A stretch of DNA of 64,000 nucleotides from Isurus oxyrinchus (taxonomy: Eukaryota), in the NCBI GenBank assembly GCA_026770705.1, contig JANJGN010000003.1:115940001-116004000 (forward strand), written 5' to 3'. This document shows positions 11,286 to 21,978 of this stretch, one piece after another. Made by a program: the position numbers and the translations under genes. A model generated the notes under the pieces. That model saw only the letters and a program-made list of their open reading frames with translations, had not been told where the DNA came from and made no database searches. Every line of letters starts with the position of its first letter. Within the stretch, counting starts at the first letter, position 1.

Positions 11286-12719
11286 CCCATAACATTCAGT
11301 CCAATGTGTATCCACTGGGCAATCTTGCGTAATGTTGAGTCAACATCTGGCATGAGTGAATATTGCAGCTTATTGTAGCACCTAACTTCAGTGAATGCTG
11401 TGACAAGTCATAAACACCCATTCAACTTCTGCATGAGAAATGATGGATTAAGGTACTCCACAGTGATCCCCACATCTTCACATCAAGAAAGACTCTAAGG
11501 CCATCATGGCCATCAAATTTTTCTCACAATTCAACAAGTTTATTTCTGGCACTGACACTGGGGGAGGCAAACCAAGATTCTGTTGTAGAGGTTGTATGGG
11601 ACCCATGTTGACATTAGCCTTGAAGGATCCAGTTTTTCCATCATAACCTGGGAGTGTTAGATGGAAGACATCATCATTCTCCAGAAGGAGTGTGTGAAAC
11701 TAAGAATGTGTATGCTCAGGCAGGGTGTGATCCGGATCCACAGGAACAGATTCAGAGAACAGCTGATGATGCTTACGTTTGAGTTGTTTGGTAAGTGGCT
11801 GTGTCAAGTCCTGAAAAAGATGAGAATCTTGGTTGCTGGGGGTGAAGGCAGGTCCTATCCAAGCAAAATGTTCATTGTGAAACATGACTTGCGGTTCATG
11901 GGAGAGGTTGGCAATGCAAATCTTGTTAGCAACACTAGTCAAAATATGTGGTGGAGGCTAAGTGTTGGATAGCTTGGTACACTTTGGTCCATAAAATAGA
12001 GTAGATGGTTCAACTATAAATGCCCTGAGATCTGCAAGATCATCTCTGTGAAATCCCCTGGCCAAACTATCACTGACCTTGAGAGAACACGAACTACATG
12101 GGCTCGTCTCACTCTGCATGGGCTGGAGGAAGAATGAGATCCATTAACATAGGTGGTGGAGTCGCCACCTAGCACTAGGCATTTGGCCAGTCAAAGTGAT
12201 ACATCATTGGTTTCCATGGACGGAGTGCCTGCAAGATACTTGACATCAAGCTTCTCCAAGACCAAGCCTTCAAAGACAATGTTGTGATGGTCTCTGGACA
12301 GAGAGAATTGTGTTTCACCAACAACATGTAAAGGAGATGAACCATCAGTTTGGTGAGCAAATTGGGATGAATTCTTGATTGAGACACCAAGTCTCATAAC
12401 TGTGGATACACAGATCATTATTACCAGTGGCTCCACTGTCAATGGTCACTCGAATAGCATGGTGCTCAAAGAATGTGCCCAAGAAGGGTGACTGACTGAT
12501 CTCTATATGACTGCAGCTGATTCCAACAAAAGGTCAGCAGGTTCCTCATCCCCTTCATCTAAACAAGCATCTGTGATATCATCATCATCATCCAGGATAG
12601 CGGCTATCTTACGAGCTTTAGCCATATATTTTCAATCTTGACCTGGCAGACAATTACACTTGCTGAGGAAATGTTTATCTGATTGATCTCTTCTTGCTTA
12701 CACAATGGGCATGACACCT

Positions 12720-13530
12720 GTCATGTGCTTGAAGGAAGAGAGTTAAGGAGTCCGGTCTTGTTAGGAGGGGGAAAAACTGTCTGGTTCTTTTGAAGAACCG
12801 AGGGAGTGGCAGTGCGGAGAGCCTTGACATCAGCAGATGCGTGAATCTCATCTAACAGCAAATCCAAGGCTTGGGAAATCTCTGGCTTGATCAAGGCCCC
12901 AGGGTGCATTAACTGAGCTCGGTGCCGTACCTCTACTAGATGTCGTAGGTTGGGATGAATGAGTTGTAGCCAACGTAGGACCATTATGTTCTCCAGGAAG
13001 GGTGACACCCCTTCATCCTCATCAAGAGGTGGACCATGATGACTGAGACTACCTTTCAGCAAGAGGTTATCCTCAAAAAAAGCCATCAGTCATTGATATA
13101 GATCCTCTTGCCTTTCATTTGACTATATTGTGAAATCAGCCAGGTCTAAGAAGTGGGCACCCATGGCCTACAAACCATAATTCAGGCAGACAGTCTGCCA
13201 TATCGAAGCAAGTGAGATTGATGCTTTAACAGTAGAGTTGTGTAATACGATGGGGCAGTAATATGCTATCTGTCATAGCTTCAACTAGGTCCAATAAGTT
13301 CACCTTTTCAATCTTGGTGACATATCCATCACCTTCTGTGTTTCTGAATCCACAAAGATGGTTAATCTTGGTTCTATTCTCCCAGGGGAAGCAGCTGTTC
13401 ATTGAGGAAGGGGCAAAGTTAGGATCAAGTGTCAAAGTGTAGATTAGGTTCTGACGCCAATGGTCAAATTGATTGACCATTTCAATCTTCCTAAACACCA
13501 CAGCTTCAGTCCCCAGCACATGGTTGCCAT
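12720..13530 (-). pseudogene. Gypsy gag remnant
   Basis: FDHWRQNLIYTLTLDPNFAP; MAFFEDNLL; ENIMVLRWLQLIHPNL; IKPEISQALDLLLDEI. Lies between the PBS and the protease. Confidence 0.7.
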
Positions 13531-13627
13531 AGTTTCTGCTGTAACCATACCATAATACTAGGTCAATATCAGTGTGTACATGCCACATATAAACTCACAA
13601 ATTTCCTTGAATGAGAGGCATGGAAAT

Positions 13628-13644
13628 ATTCCACGCTGCAACCA
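13628..13644 (-). promoter_or_regulatory. Primer binding site, tRNA-Leu-like
   Basis: Minus strand TGGTTGCAGCGTGGAAT immediately after the 5' LTR; close to the complement of the tRNA-Leu 3' end (TGGTGGCAGCGGTGGGAT). Confidence 0.65.
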
Positions 13645-13821
13645 CGCCAGTGGGCTGTGTTTACTTTCAGTTTGGCACATTGCCTTCATTACAATATCAG
13701 TTGAAAACCTTAAGCTTTAATGCCACCTTGAAATTCAGCAGTACAATCATAATACAAAATGGCCATGCCTACATGGGAATGGGCTCCCAGCCACTAGAGG
13801 TCGATAACATATAATGTTACA
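13645..13821 (-). repeat. 5' LTR
   Basis: Begins TGTAACATTATATGTTATC on the minus strand; homologous to 8316-8471 but clearly diverged. Confidence 0.7.
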
Positions 13822-15184
13822 GAATGTTGCATAACTCCGTTAATATAAAACTTATCCATTGGCTCACTTGTACCAAATGAAAACGAAACCCACAGCATCA
13901 GCCAATCTATTAACGGAGCATAGGACAAAGTTAACTCTTATGCTGAGTTCCCACACCCCAGAAGGTTACCCAAGGCAGATCTCAAGCTGATGCAAGGTGA
14001 TTCCTTGTAGAAAGGGAGATAGTACATAAATGATGCAGATGGTACATAAGGATGTTCTCATCCACTTCCTAATGTCAAGTTGCAGCTTGGCATTGGCAGA
14101 TACGTAGGAATAGGTTGTCTTCTATCAACAAGTGGTGCATGTGTTGTACAACTTAAAGAGGAGGGAAGAAAATAACTAAAGCAAAAATGCTAAAAAGATG
14201 AACGGGAACCCTAAGCAGTAAAAACCCCTTGTATCATTTTTATGTCTCCCTCAGAATTCATAATGTGCTCTTTTCCTCTCTTGTTTCCTTGCCAAGCAAA
14301 AATCATTGTACCAGTTTATTTAGGCATCAGAAGCTGCCATGATCCATTTTCATCCTTTAAGCTGCAGGCATGTATTGTCACTCATAGTTGTTCTGTAAAG
14401 TGTCCCTTCCATTAGGTCAATTTTATGTTATAAAAGCAAATATAAATAAAAATGAGTAATGCTATGACAGACAAAGCTCATTTGCATTTAGCTGCCTTTT
14501 AAAATGTGTTATCAGGGTCATATCATATATAATACACGCTGCCCACATGAATCTGAAAATAAAGGACAATTAACAGGGAACTGTAAAATCTAGTATTTAT
14601 TCAAAAAGTGAGGAAGACTTTTAATAGCTCATGTGTGAAGTAGTCAGTATTGTCATCAAACGCTAAGTGATTTTCTTCATGTATGGAATAACTTCTCAGT
14701 TCCATTCCAATCACTGTTGGAAATTCCTTTTGTATAACAGAATTTGTACCAGTTTAAATTTTAATTTAATTTTTGTTACCTAATTTGCAGTTTTTCCTGT
14801 TTATATTATTTTGAGATTGCAGTTTACAAGGTAGATGATGTGCTGAAGGGAAAAGGAGAACAGACTAGAGGAAAAGGAGGTAGTTAAAAGGACTTTAAGG
14901 GCCCTTACTTCCTCTTCTTGAGGCCAATTGTCAACTTCCCATCATGGCCCTAAGAGTTGGCAACGACCATAAATATCTGAAAGGGACTTGGGCCTGCTCC
15001 ATCCCTACTAACATTTGCATGTGGTGGGCAAGGAAGACACAGCCAGTGACATTGCCAATGGAAGAGGTGCATAGGGGAAATACAGGTTGGGGTGGTGAGA
15101 TAGTGGTAGGCCTCACCTCAGACTTTTATCTCAATCTCTGCCACCATCCCACCGAGAAAAAATGTTCAAGAAATTGACACATTA

Positions 15185-15510
15185 ACTGCTCTGGTGGGAA
15201 TCAGAACAAGGGGATATAATCTTAAAATTAGAGCTAGACCGTACAGATGCGAAATCAGGAAGTATCTTTTTCACACAAATGGGTATGGAAATCTAGTACC
15301 CTATCCCGTAAAAGGCTGTGGAAGCTGGGACAATTGGTGCTTTCAAGACTGAGGCCATTAAATTTTAGTTAGTTAAGGGGATCAGGAAGAACTGCAAATA
15401 TCAAGTATCAAGGGATCTGACGGTACAGATGGTGTAGAGATCAACCATCATATAACTGAATGGCTAATCAGGCCTGAAGGGCTGAATGGCCTATTTGTGT
15501 TCATATGTAA
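15185..15510 (+). mobile_element. CR1 LINE 3' end fragment
   Basis: GAACAAGGGGATATAATCTTAAAATTAGAGCTAG...TTTTTCACACAAA...GGCCTGAAGGGCTGAATGGCCTA, typical of the CR1 ORF2 end and 3'UTR. Confidence 0.75.
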
Positions 15511-15762
15511 CATTCTTTTAAGTACAGCAATTCAGCCTTTGTCTAATTCACAGGGCAGAATCTTGCCCTTATCGGGCGATCTCGACGGGGGCAATTGGGA
15601 ATTCGATCACCGCCCACAACCAGGGCCTGACCAGTTTGAAACGCGGCTTGTCACTGACTGGGAAGGGCCGAGCGGGAGCAGGGCCTATTGGCCGCCAGGT
15701 CCAACGGCCCATGCAGCCTCAGAAAGGCTGCCAGGAAAGGACGTCTGTCTGCCGGTGCAAGG

Positions 15763-16350
15763 ATGGAGTCGAGTGCAGCAGCAAACACCAGGTGGGAGGG
15801 TAGGTCGGGGGTGGGCACTCGCCTCCCACCACCCCCCCCCGCCCCCCCAACTTTTTCCAATGAGAGTCTCGCTGCCCTCCTGGAGGAGGTGGCTGCTAGA
15901 GAGGACACTCTTGTCCCCAGAGATGGGAAGAGGAGACCACCGCACCTCACAAAGAAGGCAGGGGGGAAGGTGGCAGCCTGGGTGAGCAGTCAAGACGTGG
16001 TGTGGCGCACTTGGGTGGAGTGCCGGAAGTACTTCAATGACCTTCTGCACTCAGGCAAGGTGAGCACAGTGTTGGCATGGATCAGTGTGTTGAATTGTTT
16101 TGGGCTGGCCGTCCCGCTGGGGAGCTCAGGAATGTTAGAGTCTGAGTGCCAACTGTCAATCACACCAACGGTGGCCAAGGGGCTAAGCCCTGGCTGCTTT
16201 GACGGAGCACGGGCTCCATTGGCCAGAGGACAACCACCAAGGTCATCAAGGCCAACAGGACACCACAGTCAGCATGCTGTCTCCAATGCTGGTGCCGGTG
16301 AGGAGGGTGCTAGCCATAGCACCCGTAAACTTAAGTTTAAAGCACCTTAA
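15763..16350 (+). CDS. Open Myb/SANT-like DNA-binding ORF (exon 1 + retained intron piece + native C-terminus)
   Basis: APPTFSNESLAALLEEVAAREDTLVP...VWRTWVECRKYFNDLLHSGK, open to STRKLKFKAP*, the same frame as the C-terminus in the full-length copy (STHKCKMKAP*). An upstream TTG start at 15688 is possible. Expression unknown. Confidence 0.5.
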   Translation: MESSAAANTRWEGRSGVGTRLPPPPPAPPTFSNESLAALLEEVAAREDTLVPRDGKRRPPHLTKKAGGKVAAWVSSQDVVWRTWVECRKYFNDLLHSGKVSTVLAWISVLNCFGLAVPLGSSGMLESECQLSITPTVAKGLSPGCFDGARAPLARGQPPRSSRPTGHHSQHAVSNAGAGEEGASHSTRKLKFKAP

Positions 16351-16679
16351 GGACAAGAGGGACGGGTCATAGGTGACCTTTTGTTCCCCCATTTTGTTTT
16401 TCTTTTTTTAATGGTGTGACTACCAACACCAGTTTTTTACCGTTCAAGACAATGTGAGTTCCAACATTAAATTACATTTGCTTTCGTGTTATTGGCCTGA
16501 GTATGCTTCATTTATTTCGTAGGTGCAGGGTACGCCAGTATGTAATGCTGGATGTGGGTGGCTCGAACCTTTATTGCACAGGCACCAAGTGTATCTTGGG
16601 GGCAAGAGAAAGGGTCATTTCTGTCATCCAGAATGGTGGAGGCAGCCCTGGTATGAGGTGGTAGCTCTTATTTGGCAGC

Positions 16680-17145
16680 CTAGCTGAAGGAGTGTTGGAT
16701 CAAGGCATCCCTGGTGTTCCTGCCTCCCCGGAGGTTACTGATGTCTGGCTCCACACCCTCAGCGTTCTCCTCACTGTGCTCCTCTTCTGACTCACTACTG
16801 GCCTCATCATCTGTGGCTTGTGTAGCTGTGTGAAGATCCTCTTCCTCCAGTGGGTCCCCCCTTGTCAGTGCCAGATCGTGGAGAGTGCAGCATGTAACCA
16901 CTATCAGTGACACCCGCTGTGGGGAGTATTGTAGTGCAACCCCTGAACGATCCAGGCATCGGAAGCACACCTTCAGAGGACCTATGGTTCTCTCTATTAC
17001 AACCCTTGTGGAGGAATGGCTCCTGTTGTACCATTGCTCTGCCTCTGTCCTTGTGTGGCAGAGAGGTATCATAAGCCACCTTTTTAACGGATAGCCCTTG
17101 TCACCCAGCAGCCATCCATCCAGCCGAGCTGGAACACTGAAGACC
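16680..17145 (-). pseudogene. HARBI1-like transposase C-terminal fragment
   Basis: [15 protein letters not shown]..., [33 protein letters not shown], acidic tail; N-terminal half deleted. Confidence 0.85.
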
Positions 17146-18892
17146 CTTTGGCTTAATGACGTTGGGACACTCGCCTGACGTCATTTTACGTTCGAGTGGG
17201 TCAAGCGCGCCTGCTCACTCAGCGAAAAATTCTGCCCACAGTGTGTGCGAAGCACAAATAGGTGGGGACTTTTTCCTCTGCATTGCAACCTAGAAGTAAG
17301 AGCACACAGGCACAACATAAAGGAAAATGGGTCCCATAATTTGCCTTGGAGCTTTTGGGCTAGAGTGGAGATTAAAAAAAAAACTATCAATTGATTTCCA
17401 TTCCTGATTGCCATTCACCAGTTAGTAAATGGGGAGTACTCACCAGGATATCAGCTGAGAACAGAATCAGGATTGGCATTGGGGGGCCTGAGCCCCAGGA
17501 GAGCAGGATCCACAAGGTGCAAATCATTGTGGCCCGTGCTGGGAGAGAGGGCTCAAGCCTTCTCCTGTACCATATGCTTCAGATAGTTACAACCGTGAAC
17601 GTGTTGGGAAACATTATTCAGACATAAAGGCTGGTAAATTCAACAGGTTTCCCTACGACGGGCCATTCAATCTCCCATTCTCTTCGGCAGGAGGGGCTGG
17701 AGAATCCTGCCCAAAGTTTGAGTTTTATTGACTCCTTCCTGAGTAATTGTGGGATGTTTTAAAGCTCAGCCAATGCCTCCTGTGGCCTCGCAGCAGGAGG
17801 AAGAGGAAATTACATTTTAATTGCATGTGGCCCATGTCGCCAGGGAATGAAAATCTCTGGGACACAGGAAGTCTGACTGTTTGGTGAACTGGTCACAAAG
17901 CTATGTGACTCCAGGGCTAAGTTTATAAAAACACATTGTCATTCCCATATAATGGTGAATTGCATTGTTGTGGGAGCGCAGGCAGGTGTTGGGGGACATG
18001 GGGGCTGAATGCATCTGCTGATGGTGCTAGTCACGGGGCTGCTGCACATTTTTCCCTTATTTGCAAAATGCTTGTCCCCCCTTGACCTGGGACCCAGGGG
18101 AGGGTTGGGGAGTGGTGGGGGGTCAGGGAAGGGCAACATCTAGGTAACTTTGACAGAATTTTTGAAAATCCAGGTGGTCAGCCATGGTTTTGTTTATCTG
18201 GAGACTAAACAGTCTCAAAACTGCAACCCACAAGAAAAACGAATACATCCAATGACAATTATTTTACATGAGGGACCAATCTCTCAGTTCAATTTTAAAA
18301 GCTGCTTCTAAAAGTTATGGGACTGTTATCTTGCACTTAACGAATTTATGCATTTAAAGGAAGCTTAACATGATAATGTTGACCTCTGTCTTGATTTATT
18401 TGCTACTTGTACAATCTTTAAGCTGATCTAGATACTGGAACAACAGTTTTGTGCTTATCTAAGGGGTAATTATGAGTCTGTGCAGCAAGCAACCTTGCTC
18501 ACTTGCAACATTTTTAAAATTTGGGCTGGGCAGCCATTGTGGACCCATGAAATCTAATGTTAACAGGATGCTATCACTCCTGTGGAAATGTTGTATGTAA
18601 TCTTTAAAGCAATTAACTTATTAAACAACTCATTTGCCTAAAACGCTAATAAACTCACTGGACATTCCCAGGTTTCCATTGCTGACAAAATTCTTGCCCA
18701 TGGAGAATTTTCTCCTGCTAGAAAGTAGTCTTCCCCCAACACCTCAGTTTCATTCCATTATTACTGCAAGTTTTCCCTCATCCTGCATAGTTTAAAACTG
18801 CATGATATTTTTAAAAAATGACTAGCAACTAATGTCTAAAGATTTAAAAAGGTATCGAATTTTCAGTTGCTGTTCAGTTTACAGAAACTTTT

Positions 18893-18991
18893 GGGCAAAA
18901 TCTTTGGGTCAGCAAGTGGGGGCGGGCCCGCCCACGCCCACGCCCACGCCCACTCACATCCAACCGCCCCGACAGGGAGAAAATTCTCCCC
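18893..18991. mobile_element. 99-bp Harbinger mini-MITE (ends only)
   Basis: GGGCAAAATCTT ... GAAAATTCTCCCC with TSD TTT; internal (CCCACG)n. Confidence 0.7.
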
Positions 18992-19832
18992 TTTGTGTTA
19001 GCTATTAACTCAAGCAGAGCAGCTTGGTTTTTTTTCAAAGCTGAAATAAGTGCAGCTTCTTTGGCACTTTTAAGGACAGCGATTCAATAAACAGTTTAAA
19101 AAAGCAGCAGTGAGTCCTGGGGCCAGGGAGTGAAGTGTTCCCCTCATGAAGGTGACATGTGTCATTGTCACCCAAAATGGGTCTCTCACATTCATGACAA
19201 TGCTGTCGTTGGTTAGACAGTCCCTGTGCCCCTGGCACCATCATTATAGCTTAGAGGTGTAATTAAATGCAATTTAACAACAGACTGTTCTGAGGGGGCT
19301 CATGAACAGGGCGGTTCCCCTGGAATCCCCCAGCTCAGAGGGGAGGGCCACTCCTGCTAATCTACTTTGTTGCATTCTTGCATTTGAGGAAAATGTGGAG
19401 CAGCAAATACCTGCAGAGCCCTCTGTCTCACTCAATCATTGCTCATCGCCATGAGGCATTAGGGCGACAAAGAACACGACAGGTTCCAGGTATATCACTC
19501 ATATTTTTTGGTTGGGGACGGGAGTCTCCTTAAAAAAAGTTTTGACGCCATTGTGGCATTTAAAGGGATCACCCTCCCAAAAAAACATGACGTGCAAACA
19601 TTTTTTTCTGAACTGATCTAAATGGGCCTGGACACAGGAGGAGCACCAGGGCCCATGATTTCTCCCCTGAGTCCTGGGTTGGGCCTTCCCTCTGATGTTT
19701 TGATAATTTCATGACACTCACTTTGGCAGATGCAGAATGGTCATTTGAGCAAGATGCCAGAGGGCAAAATAAAACATTATTTATTACATAAATCCAAAAT
19801 TCCTTGGAGTGGATGAGTTCAATGAAAATGAG

Positions 19833-20480
19833 GGGCAGAATCTTGTGACCGTTAAAAATTAATCACAGGTCGGGCTGGGACCTAACCCCTTACTGGCTAT
19901 CAGCTCACTGCCTAGATGACCATTCCAGAGACGGCCAATTAAAATGCCGCCTCTGAGCCCATCATCCAATTATGGATTGTCAGCGGGTTCCTGATGCTGC
20001 AGGCCTAATTATCGGCCCTGCAAACTTGGAAGGATTGCAGCTCAGCTGCCAGAGGTGGGCGTTGTTGCTGCAGGAGGGGACTGCGAGTGTCAGTCCATCT
20101 TGTGGCGTCTGCTGAAGAGACATTGAACTCAATTGAATAAATGATGCCCAAGCTGCCAGGCTACTCCTGTGGAAGGGAATCAATCAGACCAGAAATGGGC
20201 AGTTAATTATGCCGGTTTTGCACTAGCCTCTGCCAGTGATGACCTGCCTCTGGAAGATCACAAGAAGACACGGCACATCACCATTCACCCAAAGCCAAGT
20301 TTTGTGAACTTTACCCCAGTCCCACCTTGAGACTTGGCCACTGGGCCCCACGGGACTGGGAAGATTCCATCTGATATGTTGCCCAATCCTGGACCTAATA
20401 TTGTTGCACCCCCGCCACCGTCCCCCACCTCCCCCCACCCCACCCCACCCCCCCCCCCCACCCCCCCACTCCACCCTTGC
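19833..20480. mobile_element. Harbinger-type non-autonomous element, right end not resolved
   Basis: Starts GGGCAGAATCTT (same TIR as 15553); ends in a C-rich tract. Confidence 0.45.
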
Positions 20481-20494
20481 TGCCTACATTCACT

Positions 20495-21759
20495 TGTTAG
20501 AATTTTTTGAAAGGTGACTAAAGTAGTGGACCAGAGAATGTCTATGGATGTTCCTTCTTTGAACTTCCAGAAGGCATTTGATACCTAGTCCCTCATCAGA
20601 GACTGTCAGCTTAAGTCAAGCTCATGGGATTGAAGGCAAATTATTGACCTGGTAAAGAAATTGGGTAAGGGGAAGGAGATAGAGAGCAGAGATAATTGGC
20701 AGTTATTCTCATTGGCAGGGTGTGTGGTTAGTGGTATCATGCAAGGATCTGCATTGGAGTCTCAACTATTCACTATTTTCATTAAATACTTAGATGAAAG
20801 GATATCCACATTTGCCAATGGCTCAAAGATAGGCAGTAATTTTTAGCAGTGTAGGTGGAAACATAAAATTACAAAGAAATATTGATACATTAACTGAATG
20901 CACAAAACTGTGGCAAATGGATTTCAATGCAGGTAAATAGGTTTCAATGCAGGTAAATGTGAGGTCATCCACTTTGGACATGAATAAGATATAGAACAGG
21001 ATATTTTCTTCATTGTAAACAGGTAGAAGAGGGACCAGTCAGCTCAGTTGGCTGGACAGCTAGCATGTGGATCTGATTAATGCCAGGTAGAGTCAAGGCC
21101 TGCTTCCTCACCCTACCTGTAGTTAAAAAAAAAATTACAGCACTTTGCCATGAGTTTAAAAATAAGGGCTCCCCCATTTGAAATGGAGATGAGGAGAAAT
21201 TCTTTCTCTCAGAGGGTGGTGAGCCTGTGGAATTCTCTTCCTCAGAGAACATGGTGGCATGGTCTTTGAGTATATTTAAGACTGAGTTAAATAGATTCTT
21301 CTCTGGCAAGGCAGTCAAAGCATATAAGGGAATAGGAAGGAAGGTGGAGTTGAGGCCACAATCAGATTAGTCATGATCTTATTGAAATGGCGGAGCAGGC
21401 TCGAGGGACCAAATGGCCTAACTCTGCTCCTAATTCGTATGATTTGGCAAATGATAGCCAAGGATCTACTTTTGGGCAGAGAATTAAGAAGTAAAAGGTG
21501 GAAACAGTGGAGGTCCAAAGAGATTCACAGACCCTTAAAATACCATAAACAGCTACAGAAAATAAACAAACAGGTTAATGAAATGCTGGCCTTTATATCT
21601 GGAGAGATAGAATACAAGGAGACAGAAATCATGCTTCAGCTATGCAAAACTGTGGATCGACCACACCTGGAACACTGTGAGCAATTATGGGTATACACCT
21701 TAGGAAGGATATATTGGCCTTGGAGGGAATGCAACATAGATTCACTCGAATGATATCTG
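20495..21759 (+). mobile_element. CR1 LINE ORF2 (RT) fragment with nested SINE head and a second CR1 3' fragment (about 21150-21440)
   Basis: TTCCAGAAGGCATTTGAT (FQKAFD); SGIMQGSALESQLFTIFI; IMLQLCKTVDRPHLEHCEQLW. Continues after the Harbinger insertion at 26266. Confidence 0.8.
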
Positions 21760-21978
21760 GGAGAGAATTTTCCCCATGTCGGGCGGGGTCACCGGCGATC
21801 AGAACCACACCGCCATTTTACATGGGCGGGCAAACTAAAGCCCACCCAGTGTGCTTGGCGACTCCTGGGGATGGCAGGAGTGGGCAGGCGGAGGCCAATC
21901 AGCAATTGACGCCGGGTCGAATGGTGAGCCAGCGGCCTGTTTAAAGGCCAAGCTGCAGCCGCTCCAAGGCTGCTGTAC

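Larger units (their letters stand above)
8716..12480 (-). pseudogene. Gypsy pol remnant (protease, partial RT, RNase H end, integrase); many stops and frameshifts
   Basis: Protease RVTIDSGATG (about 12425-12450); RT N-part TVEYLNPSFL...[14 protein letters not shown]; RNaseH end VRHLAGSVNIPSDFAS; integrase HYGHPSCHQLK and NPNKNPAAERAVWELEGEL; terminus KPQWLEDSPDL*. Confidence 0.8.
8316..13821 (-). mobile_element. Decayed full-span Gypsy-type LTR retrotransposon
   Basis: Homologous LTRs at 8316-8471 and 13645-13821, PBS, PPT, and minus-strand order gag-protease-RT-RNaseH-integrase. No TSD recognised. Confidence 0.85.
15553..17237. mobile_element. Harbinger deletion derivative (1685 bp) with intact TIRs
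   Basis: TIRs GGGCAGAATCTT / AAAATTCTGCCC; 3-bp TSD ACA (15550-15552, 17238-17240). Colinear with 21760-26265 apart from two internal deletions. Confidence 0.9.

Noticed and set aside
18085-18135. G-quadruplex-like G-runs (also C-runs at 20415-20475, 33410-33430)
   Set aside because: Low-complexity tracts common within these repeats; no independent sign of function.
20921-20960. 20-bp tandem duplication TTTCAATGCAGGTAAAT
   Set aside because: Ordinary slippage within a dead CR1.
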